Shown piece by piece: positions 14,430-27,800 of a DNA stretch of 64,000 nt (positions are counted from its first letter, which is position 1; every line of letters starts with the position of its first letter). The translations under genes and the position numbers were made by a program. Under the pieces are notes generated by a model that searched no databases, was not told the DNA's origin, and saw only the letters and a program-made list of their open reading frames with translations. Source of the stretch: Lytechinus pictus (Eukaryota); NCBI RefSeq assembly GCF_037042905.1, contig NC_087250.1:6388001-6452000 (forward strand), given 5' to 3'.

Positions 14430-14643
14430 GGGGCATTGCAAGAAACTGGCAATTGAACGCAAGTCAATTTCAAACTCCAAAATCAATTGAAAGTCTTACT
14501 TTTCATTGCAAACTTGCAACTGATTTATTGTTTCTTCCATCAATAAATCTATAAACTGGTTTACTTTAGATGAAATTAGTCTATCACTTGTAATTTGCAA
14601 CCGAATTTTGGGATTGACTGCAAATATTTTCTTGCAACACCCC
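14430..14643. mobile_element. MITE (GGGG..TTGCAAGAAA family); second copy at ~27582-27794
   Basis: GGGGCATTGCAAGAAA ... TTTCTTGCAACACCCC inverted termini; the same ends recur near 27.6-27.8 kb. Confidence 0.6.
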
Positions 14644-15344
14644 ATAGCTCTCTTTATAAAAAGTGGCCATAATTAAATAAGAAAATTAATTTAAAAATAG
14701 AACAAAACTTTCAAGAAGGGGGGGGGGGGTGTTACATAAAAAAACTGTATACCGTACAGATAGGAGAGGTGGTGTGCCGTTCAAATTATACCAAGAAACA
14801 AAAAGAGAAAAGAAAGGATGGTGAAATGTACAATTTTCTATTTAGTACGATACACATCTTGTTCATGCTCTTTAAAACTTGCATGTTTTAATTTCAAGAT
14901 TTTTACGGTAAATGATGATTATATTCTTCCCTTTCGGGAGCGGCTGCGAAATAATTTGTCCGTTGATATTAAGGTACAATAAAAACCCTTTTTATCAAAT
15001 AAGATTTCATTGACTCCTTTTATTTTTGCACTCAATGCATCAGATATAAATTTAGAAGGTAATATGTACAATTGTAAAATATAACAAATTAATAATATTG
15101 TATTTTAAGCACTGGTTCAATAATATTTAAACACATATAGGCCTTTTACTTAATAAAGACAAAGACAATTTAAAAGAATGCAACAGACCATGTTTGCCAT
15201 CATGAGCGAATGGGCCTGATTTGCATGGGGAAGCTGCTCGCATAAAAGTCACAACTCAAAATTTTAATAATTCTAATTTTTAATCTTTGATCTTTTTTTT
15301 CTTTAAATCTTCGGAATTATGTTATTGGGTAATGCAATTGGGCA

Positions 15345-16460
15345 TACCATTCACCATTAACATAAATAGCATTCATTAGGCACACACCACTAAGCCACAA
15401 TTGCGTTACAATTATCCAACAACTATCCATTAATTATACCACTATATAGGTACATACTACTGAGACACCATATTGGGCATATGGTATACCATTGATACAA
15501 ATCATACAATTACACATATACCACTGAGACTATTGGATACCACTGAGACACCATTGGGTATATGGTATACCATTCACCATACCAATCATATCATTATAGA
15601 GGCACATACTACTGAGACACCATTGGTATATGGTATACCATTCATCATACCAATCATACCATTAGAGGCACATACTACTGAGAGTCTGATACACCATTGT
15701 ATACCACTGAGACACCATTGGGTATGGTATACCATTCACCATACAAATCATACCATTAGAGGCACATACTACTGAAACACCATTGAATACCACTGAGACA
15801 CCATTGGGTATATGGTATATCATTCATCATACCAATCATACCATTAGAGGCACATACTACTGAGACACCATTGTATACCACTGAGACACCATTGGGTATG
15901 GTATACCATTAATCATACCAATCATACCATTAGAGGCACATACTACTGAGATACCATTGTATACCACTGAGACACCATTGGTATATGGTATACCATTCAC
16001 CATACAAATCATACCATTAGAGGCACATACTACTGAAACACCATTGAATACCACTGAGACACCATTGGGTATATGGTATACCATTCATCATACCAATCAT
16101 ACCATTAGAGGCACATACTACTGAGACACCATTGTATACCACTGAGACACCATTGGGTATGGTATACCATTCATCATACCAATCATACCATTAGACACAT
16201 ACCACTGAGACACCATTGGGTATATGGTATACCATTTACCATTAAATAAACTACCACTTACCATTAAGAACTTACCATTGAAACACCACTTAAATACCAT
16301 TCGCGTACCATTTACCATTCAGATCACCATTCAACTACCATAAACTACCACTTACCATTAAGAACTTACCATTGAAACACCACTTAAATACCATTCGCGT
16401 ACCATTTACCATTCAGATCACCATTCAACTACCATTCGCCACCATTCAAATACCATTGGC
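15345..16460. repeat. ACCATT-based satellite with ~85-90 bp higher-order unit (right arm of the CMC-like element)
   Basis: Repeated TAGAGGCACATACTACTGAGACACCATTG...GGTATACCATT units. Confidence 0.9.
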
Positions 16461-19400
16461 GATTTTTATAAGGGTGCGGCGGAGCCGTTTTGCTACATTG
16501 CTGATATTTGGATCTGTGGTGGTGCTTTTTGTATTGCTAAATATGAAAAGCATTCAGTAGGTCATCTTGACGAAATACACTAATATTCCTTTTATTCAGG
16601 GCGTTGGCTAAAAGCCAGTTCGTAGTTCCATTCTGCGCATGATCAGAAGATTCTGCGCATGATCAGAGAAAGGTCATTTGTACTAAAGTGGCATGGTTGT
16701 TTTAAATTTAATGAGATAAGCACCAACTTTGGTGTCTTGATTATTCATATATTCTTTTCAATTGTGTTTTTCATTTGCACCCACAAAGAACAAAAATGCG
16801 TCCACGACTGGTATTTCACTGCAGTTTGCCAAGTACATTGTACAACATGCAATAATATGCATTCAAAGTATAAATGCAACAAATACCTTCATGGAGTCTT
16901 CAATGGTGTGCTATTCTAGTCACCTGGTATAATTCAATTTCTTCACCCTGCTATGTAAGACATGCATATGTTATATCATGCTTTGAAATCTGCCTATCAT
17001 AATGAAATAAATAAAGGTCATTTGACCAAAATTGTCCCTGATTTAACTACGAACTGGTCTATTTGTCTCCTGCTCTGTTTATAATGAATTTGTTTGAGCG
17101 TCCGCCATGACTTTCTTTTGTTTGGGGAGTGCCGAGATTAAAAACTGCGTGGACGTTTTCACTTTCAAAAGAGCAGAGGATAAACGGTGTTCTAAATTGC
17201 TTTATTTTCTGTTTATTTCCTTTAAGATAGAAGAAAAAAGAGCAATAAGATGAGAGAACGAGAGAAAGCGGGGGGGGGGGGGTCAAAAGTGTACCAAGGG
17301 CCCGTTTAAAAAGCTGCGGAATTGGTAGGAAGTTTCAGTCCTCACCCCTTTCAGCAAACATACAAAAAAATCCAAAGTCTACATAAATTTGTGATTTTTT
17401 TTTGGCCAGTCCACTCCCTCCCACATTCAGCTCAACCCTTCATTATCAAAACGCTCAGCGGCCCCTGTTTTTTATTTTGAAATTAAGATAATTTGGTTTT
17501 GATGCTAACCAGGTTAAGTGCCCAAAATGTTTGCAGTAACGGGAACATTTTTTTTTCTATATGAATCTCTCCTACCACGCTAATCGCCGGTAAAAAAAAA
17601 AAAAAAAAAAAATTCGCGGAAATGTAGAAAAATCAATAAAATTGGGTTCGGTATATTTTTTTTTTTTTTTTTTTTGGGGGGGGGGGGGTGTATGTCAGGA
17701 TGGTCTTTATTCTTATCTTTTCTACCGCGTTACTATAGCAATTAAAACAGAAAATAAGAGAGAGGGGACAAATAAGCAATATGGGAGTGTAGGTCAGAAC
17801 ATTTATATCGGGGAGGAGGGGGCTAGGTGAAAAACAAGAATAATAATACAAATTCATCAGTTTGACAAGGGTCTTAGGACCGAGCTGCGACAAACAAACA
17901 TTTTGGGACTTTTAAAAAAAGTAATATAACAAAAAAAATAAATAAAGTCATGTTGTTATTCGTTTAAGTAGATATTTATGGAATGTTAGCAAAAGCGCAC
18001 TTGTCTATTCCCTCTGTTATCTCTCCCTCTCTCATTCTCTCTCGTTCTCCGTGACATCTGAACATTTTTGTTTCTATAATTTCCCTAAATGACTTTTCTT
18101 TCATCCTTATATGCATCATCACCCAGGGGAAGCACTTTTATGCAATATGAATCACAGACCAATGTCATAAGCACCTGTGTTGTCGGTATTTGAAACCTTT
18201 TTTTTTCTCTTTTTTTTTTTTTAGATACGGTATGTTGGTCGAAAAAAAAGGTATTCATAAAAACTTTTTGTATTGCTAAGTACGAAGAGCATTCAATAGG
18301 TAATCCTGCCGATAAACATTCATCTTCCTTTTGTTCGGGGCGTTGACCATCTGTATCCTGCTCTTTTCGGAAGGAATTTGTTTGAGTGGCCGCCCAGACA
18401 TTCTTTTGTTTGGGTAGTGCCGATATCATGAACTACATGGACGTTTCCCTTTTGAAAAGAGCATAAGATGAATGGTGCGCTTAACTGCTTTCTTTTCTCT
18501 TTTTTTCAGAAAAGTAGACAAAAATAATGAGAAGATGGATGATGGGGAGGGAAAAAGTTCAAAAGTGCACCGAGATAAGCTCAAAGTACTAAGACATTAC
18601 AAGCTTTTAGTTTTTTTCTGAAACTTTTTGTTTTTCTGAAAATACAATCGATCGATGAAACCAAGGCGATATCATTCTATCTAGAGTGATATTTCCTTGA
18701 TGAAACAAATAAGACGAGAATGGTGAATAAACGCGTAGCTTATTACGAGACGATCTTGCAGAAAAGATTTTTATCTATCACAACGATATGGATCAAATCA
18801 CCTGATCACAACAAATCACGTGATCAGAACAAATCACGTGATCAGGTCTAATGCGCGCGCGTACGTCCACGTCACAAAATTTTTCCTCCCCGTCTGACTC
18901 CAACAATAAATTCGGGTAAATTTGAAATGATTTCCTATTTTGGGAATTTTTCCCCACGTAGCTGTATATATTTTTAATTTGGTCATCGAAATAGGTTTAT
19001 AAAGGAAATAGTGGCAGAGGTTTTAGTACATAACAATTACGAAAAAGCTGAAAAACTTCATCGAATTAAACCAAACAAATCTCGGCTTCTGTAGAAGCCC
19101 GTCGTAGCTAAGTGAAGGACTCGCTGGGCTTATGTGGAAGCCCGTCGCACGCAAATGGTTAAGCGAGAACAGAACAATGCACTGCTATTGAGTTTTGCAC
19201 TGGCACTAGTCTATAAATCAAACCAATTAGAAATCACAACTTTTGACATTTCACCCATATTAGTTTTGTTCCTGCAGCCAGATTTTTTGAGCATATCCTA
19301 GTTTTAATTCTTAATCATAAACAGGGGTCTGGAGAAAAAAAAATCATGCTTTTGTCCACGTTGTTTACAAGTAGGGTATTTTTGACAGACCAGACTACAT

Positions 19401-20150
19401 GGTCTACCTTCATTTAGTCTTATGCCATTCCGTCCGTCAACATTTTGTCTAACAACCGTTTGGTCCAATAACCATTGTTGGTCCAATCATCACTTCGTCT
19501 AATCACTTGATCATCTAGTACCATTTCGACAAAAAAAAATAACCAGTTGGTCTGATACCCATTTTCTTTGCATTCATTTTGAGCAATTAACACTTTAAGT
19601 TTAATTGGATAAAATGGTATATGAATTAAATAGCTATTGGACCAGACAGAATGACATTATACTAAAAGAAAGTAAACTATGTGGTCAGTGGACGAACTGA
19701 CGGTAGACCAAATGATAGTAGACGAGATGGACGAATTGGCATTAGACGAATTGGAAATAAACCAATAAAATATGATTCCTGAATAATTAAAGGAGAGATA
19801 TATTGATTATGAACAAATGTCCTTATTATATATCAATGAAAATTATGTTATGATTCGGGGATTTATCATTAGGTCATTTGAAAATAATTCATAAGGTGGA
19901 AATCGCCAATTAAAAAGCGCTAAAATGGCCCTCCGAAATATGCCTCGCAATTGACTTGAATTTGATGACGTGTATGATGGTACCAGAGACGTGATTGGCT
20001 CTCCCACATCAAGCTCCACCTATTGCGAATGCTAGTGAACGTGCGATTTCTCTACACTTTCACTTAGTAGTTCGACCATGAAATGGAAGAAAACCCGGAA
20101 GTAACATCTAGATTTGAATTTCGAAACAAATGTTGTCGAAGAAGAAGTTA

Positions 20151-20823
20151 TTAGTGGGTTTTCGCCCAGCGTCGTACGACGCTATCTACGACGTAGAACG
20201 ATCTCTTTGTTCGTGCGTCCGTCGCGCTCAACTCTCGCTTGTAAGCAGTTTCGCAAATCGCTGAACGCGGCCGGATCGACCGGCTGGCATGGTTGGCATG
20301 TAATGTTGACACGCCAACATGTGCATTGTATATGTTCCTACTATGTGCACACAACTGGCAGTGCCATGTGTCTTGCAGTCGCGTCGTCGACCGAGCCATG
20401 CAACGGCTTTTCAATCATATTTCAATAATCATACTCGTTTAAACTTCTACTGTAACATTTTGAAATTATACTTAGCTTGATTTTAGTATAATTGAAATGG
20501 TACTCACCGAAAAACTCGCATTCGAGTCCATGTTTTGAAGCTTTCAGCTATCAGTGTAGTCAGAGTAGAGTACAACATGTGCATGCACGCGATGGGCGAA
20601 TGTGTTTACATCGATCGGCTCAGCTTGCTCGCTCTACAAGCGATCTGATTGGCTGTTGACGGCTGTTGACAAATCCTACGTTCTAATGCGGACGCCCGCT
20701 AATTTGCGGAAGAACCGTCCGTGATTTGAGCTCAAGAACGCTCGGGCCTCTGTTTCCATGAAAGTTGGCGATTTTTGCACACGTACGTTCTACGTCGTAC
20801 GACGCTGGGCGAAAACCCACTAA
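20151..20823. mobile_element. GC-rich MITE with long TIRs
   Basis: TTAGTGGGTTTTCGCCCAGCGTCGTACGACG ... CGTCGTACGACGCTGGGCGAAAACCCACTAA (31-bp perfect inverted repeat). Confidence 0.8.
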
Positions 20824-21807
20824 TGATGACGAAGTTTCTAGCTCTAGTGAAAAACAAAGCGACATGGAAGAATGGAAATTAGGGTAATTGCGCCTGTGAT
20901 GGGGAGTGGAACGAACCCCTTTTGTATCTAGTCAACTTGCATTCATTTGCACCTGCACGGTGCAACACTCGAGTCAGAGGCCAAACATTGTAAAAAAATC
21001 CATGACAGAGTCACATTTTTTTTCTTCAAAAACTGCCAAAAGGACAAGCCAATGATTATTTTGTTGTTGTTTTCTTTCCTTTTTAATGTAGCTCACTTGC
21101 TTCAACGCATCTTGTCAGTTGTGTAAGTATGCTTTGTTTGCTCAGACTATCTACATCAAAAGGTTACTGTAAATAACCCTATGAAAACAACATTTAAAAA
21201 CACCTCTCCAGAAAATTACAATTGGTCTAGCTTAAAATGCCAGTGTGAACAAGGGGTGGGAGTACTGAGACAGGATTCTGGGGGCCTTGTCGCAATCTGG
21301 CAAGGTGTGAAGTGTATGTGTTAGGATCAAGCCTGGGGTTTTGCTTACCTACTGCACAATAATCATTCCCGTTTAAAGTTGTTTATTACAACTATATCAT
21401 TTCGCTCCAAGTGCGATTAATTTCCATGAAAATTTCAACAATAAATATATACATAAATTCACATATACATGATATTGACTTTTAAAAGATCTTTAAAAAA
21501 ATTAAGTTTGATTTTATCAATTTAGAATTTCAGATTTAGAATATAAAAATATATATCAGTAGTGGATGGGAGACATAATAATTTGTCCGGACAATATTAA
21601 GGGTTTATTGAATTAAAGGACTTCACTGATTAACCATGGATGCAGTCCGAAAGGTGTCGATGAAAAAATGACACGTTGACCGAAATAACGGTTATCCGAT
21701 GACCTTGAAGACCGATGACGTAAAATGACTTGTGTCGAAGGTTATCGGAGAACCACGAAGTCTGCTGAAGAATGGTGTCACCGAAGTATAGGCGCTTTCG
21801 ACCTGTC

Positions 21808-22776
21808 GCGTGACGTCGAGAAGAACTTAGCTGAAATCAGGGTTGAATACTCAGGTTATACCATCTTGGTTCATTTTGGTTCGCCTACTCAAGCGGTTAT
21901 AGACCCCAAAACCTTGGTAGTGCACAAAGGGGCTAGAGCAATTTTCGATGTTGATACAAAATACAATGGAGATGGTAAGTCGTTATCCCCATACATGTAC
22001 GTGAGAGACTATATTGATGTGCCTAACCAGGTAATCCCCGGCCTCCTGGCTCAAAAAAATATTTATAAATATCAAGCGGGGGAAAGGAGGGGGGGGGGTG
22101 TTGCATAGCGACCGAAAAAGAGAAACACATTTTTAAATATACTACTCATTTTGACAATACCAGAAGAAATTCCCTTAATAAGTTGTACAATAATTCCGTG
22201 TGTAATACATTTCATTATTTATTTAATTTCATATTAGCTTAATTATCATTTCCATAATTTTCATTTTCATTTTGTCATTTATTAGATTAATAAATATAAG
22301 CTTTCTGAAGAGATGACTACCAGGTTGTGGTCCTGTCTGAGATCCTTCAACTCACTGAACCATCTATGCATCTCAGACTCATCTCTCAGTTTCCCTTCAT
22401 CTTCGATTGAACTGTTATCCGTCACAAAGCTATCAACTGAGAAAGTGACGTCACAATGCTATGAAGGTCTGATCTCATCTCTCCCTGGTTTGGTAATTAT
22501 CGAAATCACTATTGATGATGCAGAGGGAGACATACATCAGATTACGGCCGTTCTCCGTCGGACAGGAGGACAGAGACTCGAAGGCATCATTCTTCGCAGT
22601 ATTCCGCTATCACTCCCGACGCGGAATATGATAAGACCAGGTCTGCTGTTCGAAAAACATACCGATAGCATGAAAATTATTAAATTGGATGGATCTGGAG
22701 AAATGAATGCAGAAGGATGCGTTGAACTCCTCGAGTCGTTGGTATTTTTGGCATCACTGGCTTATCTTCAACTGGA
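21808..22776 (+). pseudogene. Second, 5'-truncated NLR-like paralog: exon remnant ~21808-22030 plus LRR-like exon 22286-22776
   Basis: The 22286-22776 translation (LSEEMTTRLWSCLRSFNSLNHLCISDSSLSFPSS...TKLS) aligns with exon 1021-1556 and has the same phases (0 in, 2 out; TTAG acceptor, GTGAGT donor). The upstream remnant (SRDVEKNL...SPT) weakly resembles the end of exon 1-429 and ends at phase-0 CAG|GTAATC. Confidence 0.6.
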
Positions 22777-23617
22777 GTGAGTTGTTATTTTCTAGACAAT
22801 AAAATCCAAACAAATCATTGTAAATTCCAAGCATCCAGGTGGTAGGAAAACGAATAGTTGGTTTCTTAAGTGAAGTGGAGATTGAATTAAATTTAGTCAG
22901 CTATTAAGAATAGGCAAATTATGAAATCGTTATGCCAAGTTCCAATAGTACTAGCTTACATAGCGATTGCAGGAGAAAACCGCGGACTTAGAAAAGTATA
23001 GCGTATTATGCACCATTCTGTGTCATCATTACGATTGAAACGTTTGTTAAGGTCTTAAACTGTAAACTCCTGCTATAGAGTAACTCGCTCCCTAGCTTAT
23101 TGAAAATGTGTCCAGTGTGTGCGCGTACTACCTCTGTGGTGCTTGGTACAATTTGTTTGTACACCAACGCATCGGATGCACGCATAGGATCCACTGCATG
23201 CACACGTACACGATCGCCAATGATTTGCTCTAAATGAAAAATATGCTGCACTTTTTTGTCTTAAATCTATTTTATTTTGTGATGAGAAAGATATTTTTTT
23301 AGAATGGACTACAACCCCCACCCCAAAAAGAAAAACTTAACCAGTTGAAAAAACAAACAGAGTGTTAGTGCGTGAATATTTTACAAATTAGAATAACATG
23401 GATATAAAAATTTAAAACAGGGAAACAGGGGCAGCGTTGAACATTTTCATTTGGAGAGGGAAGGGGGGGGGGACAAAAAGAGTACTTAGTATGTCAAGAT
23501 TTGAATTTTGGTGCAAACGTATACATGTCACCATATACCATCTGCGTGAAAAAGTAGGGTGTTTTGTAGTAATTTATAGGTTGAGGAGAGTCTTATTGAA
23601 CTGATTTATGAGATATA

Positions 23618-24437
23618 CAGTGCGTCCCAGAAAAACGAAACCGATATTTAGCGATGATTTATCATAACTTAATCATAAATAAAATAGACAAATGACCTAC
23701 CAATGTAAAGCTTAGAATCTCCCCTTTCATCTGCTATTACTTAGATAATTCCTCATTCACGCATGAGTGAGCAAAAATAATTTGAAGAAAGGATACAAAA
23801 AAAACTAATTTGGCGGGGGGTATCTGGATTTCAAAAAGAAAATCACATGACTAAAAAGTTCAATATCAGCTCTTTTCTTTGAATTCTTAATCACAGAAAA
23901 TGGTCAAGAAGTAAAAAAGTTATGATCCCTCGAAACAATGCTTGTATTTCCATAGTTTCATTAAATAAACGTGTTTTCACCGGTTTCCCACAGAAGCTAT
24001 CGCACGGTAACAAAAGACTTAATGCATGGCTGATCGTCAACAAAACGGAGTGTCGAGTGAGTTTGAACGCTAGCCTGTAAAACCTCTTCATTTTATGAAA
24101 TTATTAAAATTCAAGCCTTATTTCAAATAACCAGAACTTTGTTATTTCTTGACCATTTTCTGTAATTGAGGTATCAAATTAAAGAACAGATATTGCACTT
24201 TTTAGTCATGCGGTTTTCTTTTTAAAACCCAGATACGGCCCGCCAAATGAGTTTTTTGTATCCTTTCTTCAAATTGTTTTTGCTCACTCATGCGTGAATG
24301 AGGAATTACATAAGTAATACCAGATGAAAGAGGAGATTCTAAGCATTAAAATGGTAGGTCATTTGTCTATTGTATTTGTGATTAAGTTATGATAAATCAT
24401 CGATAAATCTCGGTGTCGTTTTTAGTGGGACGCACTG
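23618..24437. mobile_element. Tc1/mariner-type foldback MITE
   Basis: TA|CAGTGCGTCCCA ... TGGGACGCACTG|TA with long inverted arms. A partial copy lies at ~55425-55955. Confidence 0.8.
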
Positions 24438-24697
24438 TATATAGGTTCTTTTCCGCGAGAGAGTATCTGCAAGCGCTTTGGAAATTTTCAAATCTGAAGT
24501 AAACCCGCTTCATGATGCTAATTACTGTTAAAATAAAAGGGCATTGTTTCGAGTTAAGTGCGAATCGCGACCTCAAACATTCGGACATTTCTTGTAATAA
24601 GATATGGAAATTAAACATTCCGAACATTTTTTTGTAATCATGGAAAAACATGTGTACCTAACTCAGGAATTAATGCAAGCTCAGAGTATACGAGCTG

Positions 24698-24698
<1 letters not shown>

Positions 24699-24794
<96 letters not shown>

Positions 24795-24815
24795 TGCGTG
24801 TGTGTGTGTATATAT
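24699..24815. repeat. (TA)n(TG)n microsatellite
   Basis: Direct reading. Confidence 0.95.
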
Positions 24816-27800
24816 AGAGAGAGGGCCTTCGATCAGAAAAGGAACCTGTTATGGACTGCATTCAGTGACTTATGAATAGGATAGGCCTACACATCTCGCC
24901 AATCGAATAATGCTTACCTGAGGCTCGAGCAGAATTTTTGTGATATTCCAACCTGAAAACTGAACATTCTAACATTTTTTGTCGCCATAAATATGAATAC
25001 TTTTGTAAATAATAATTGATGCTAGCGCGGAACGCGAGAAATTTTTTGTAACATTCCACACTTAGATACTGGACATTCTGGATATTTTGAAATCCATAAT
25101 CATATGATAAGTACTAGCTTAATGAATAATAAGTGATGAAGCGGGAAGCACAAGCCAAAAAATTAGTGATTTTCGTGTATTATTTTACTTCTAAAAAAGT
25201 ATATTTGTTAGAAAAAGACATATTTCATTTTGAAAAAGGTCTCCAATTTGGAAAAAACATTTCCTTTTTCCTACGGTTATTTTTTTTTTTGAGGGGATGG
25301 GGACAAGGGGGCACTTGGGGGCATGTGCCTCCTGCCTCCCTGTGATATAGTGATTTCTCAAAGTGGAACTAAAAAGATCAACATAAACCCTAAATTATCA
25401 ATGAAAATATGTATTTGTTTATAGATTATTTTATGGAAATAACAAATGATAAGGATAATGAAGTATTAAAGAGGAGAAAGTTATCCAATTATTTTCTTTG
25501 TGTATCTAAACGATGAAATGACAATATTTTTTGCAAATAAGATATTTCCGTTTATTAGGATTAAACTCTGGATTTCATTAGATGACAGCTTAAAGGTTCC
25601 CCAAAGCTTGCAAAGCTTTAAACAAAATATAAAAAAACACATTGTTTTCCAAATACATAAACCTCAACAGTGACTGACTTGAAGAATATTTTTTTTCTCT
25701 CCCCCTCTCTCTTTCTTTTACTTTAACATAAGCTTTTACATTTTATTTAGTTTTGCACTGGTAATTGTTGGCACATTAACAAAAATTTTAATTTGTGCGT
25801 TACATTTGTATTTGCACCCTATATGTAACATTGTAATTGTTCAATGTATGCAGTCATCAAAACAGTGTTGGGCTAATTTTGCATTTTACTTTATGAAAAA
25901 CAAATTATAATTATAGGCCTACTATTCGTATTTTCGGGATCTAGGAACCTTCTCCGATTTACTGCTCTTAGTTATTCAATACTTTGTTAAGTTTCTATAC
26001 ACATTTACTTTTTCAAATTAACATTTGAATAAAATTGTTCTTTGTTTATCATGTATGTATGTATGTATAATGTATGCATTATTGTAAATTATAATTATTT
26101 TCTAGTTATTACTATGAATTGTAAATCAAATGAAAAAAATGCACTTAAATCAAATCAACGTGTGGTACCAAGAAAGAGATTGTACATCTTTCCTCGTTCG
26201 TTGTGCTCGCTTGTATTATTTTAAGAAACAGACAAGTTCTGTAAAGAAAATAAATTGGCACATCTGGCGAGTACGATGACAAGATTCTTGGATTCGCACT
26301 CTAGTCTATAACTTGTTACAAAATTGAAAGTGCCCTTTTTTGCAAAATAAAATATGCAGCCATTTTCTGTTCTCTTGTTTTCGCAAAATTTACAAGATAT
26401 TTTGAGGTATCAAATGTATATTTCAGAAAGCAAATACCACTCCTTACTGATAATAATAATAACTGCATTTACGAGTGCCTATATAAAAGATACAAAACAT
26501 TTGAAAAAAAAAATACAAAATGGCCTCGAAATGGAGGAGTCGCCTTAATTTTCTGAAATTCAGAGCAGATAACCTCTCACCAAGTTATGTTGCTACCTTG
26601 GGCAGGTTAACATTTCATCATTAACAAAACCTACATCCAGTCACAGCAAAGTGTCAAATCAAGTGGTGGAAGGGATGGCTCCATCAACCGGTGCTTTTAT
26701 TATATAAAAAATATTCAATTTCATTTCATAACATTATTTAAAATATTACTAACAGGAAAAGTAGGTCTGTACATGAAATGCAATCACCATGATCACCATC
26801 ATCAATATTTTGTTAATAAAATCACTTATATTCACATCGTCATGAATATTCATTGGGTGGGCTGATGATGTCACATCCCGCTTCCCTTTTTCTTATGTTA
26901 TAACATGAAATCAGAAATGTTTCATTTTGTCGTACATATGTAAATAATGTGTCTCCATTATGAGGAAATAAGTTGCGGCAGTAAATAACTGATGCACTGA
27001 TCAGTTGTCAATCCAATTGTTCTAGTTCTTGGTATAATTTTTTTTTAATAGACCCAATTTAATATAATGAAATACAAAATAATAATTGGAGATATGACAT
27101 CATCGGCCCGCCTAATGAATATTCATGAAGACATGCCTAGAACTGTTTCACCGGCACATTGCAAATCTTTAAAATTCAATAACTTCGTTGTTATTCGATT
27201 TTGATCAAACTTTCAGCATTTTGCTTAGTGAATTTTACTCTATTTATTGAGATATAAATATCTCTAGCCTGGACCATCCCTTTCAGGGAAACTCTTTGGG
27301 GAAACTTGTTTATTTGCAAAAGAAGAAAAGCGAGATCTGCAAAGATATCGTTCTCGTAATTTCTTTTGATTTTTGGCCCCGGAAAATTGTCAGCTCAGTG
27401 AATAGCATTTCTCTATAAATTAGCTAAATCGCCGTCCTGGTTAAAAGATAATTTTAGATGTTTCTAAGTGTTCTCATGCTCATCTTTCCTCATATTCGCA
27501 ACATCTTTTCATTTCCACAATAATTGTACTTGCCCCATATCAGTGCTCACACACATTATTCATATATTCTGTACTCTTATGGAATGTCACAAGAAACTTG
27601 CAATTGATCGCAAATCAATTTCAGGTCCCCGAATTAATTGAAATCCATGCATTTCATTGCCTTGTAATTGATTGATGGTCAGCTTCTTGCATCAACAAGT
27701 ATAAATTGATTAGCTTTAGTTTACATTGATCAATCACTTGTAAATTTGCATCATAAATTTGCAATTGATCGCAAATATTTTCTTGCAACACCCCAACATC

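Larger units (their letters stand above)
5256..16474. mobile_element. Large CMC/EnSpm(CACTA)-like element with satellite-like subterminal arms
   Basis: TG|CCCTTATAAAAA ... TTTTTATAAGGG|TG: 12-bp TIR, CCC...GGG ends, 2-bp TG duplication. Both ends carry ~1 kb of ACCATT/AATGGT repeats. Confidence 0.6.
5215..19158. mobile_element. piggyBac-like non-autonomous element, interrupted by the 5256-16474 insertion
   Basis: TTAA|CCCTTTGCGTGCG at 5215 and CGCACGCAAATGG|TTAA at 19158 are inverted termini with TTAA on both sides. Confidence 0.6.

Noticed and set aside
1556..22286. Exons 1021-1556 and 22286-22776 as consecutive exons of one mRNA
   Set aside because: The donor at 1557 is phase 2 and the acceptor at 22286 is phase 0, so direct joining would frameshift.
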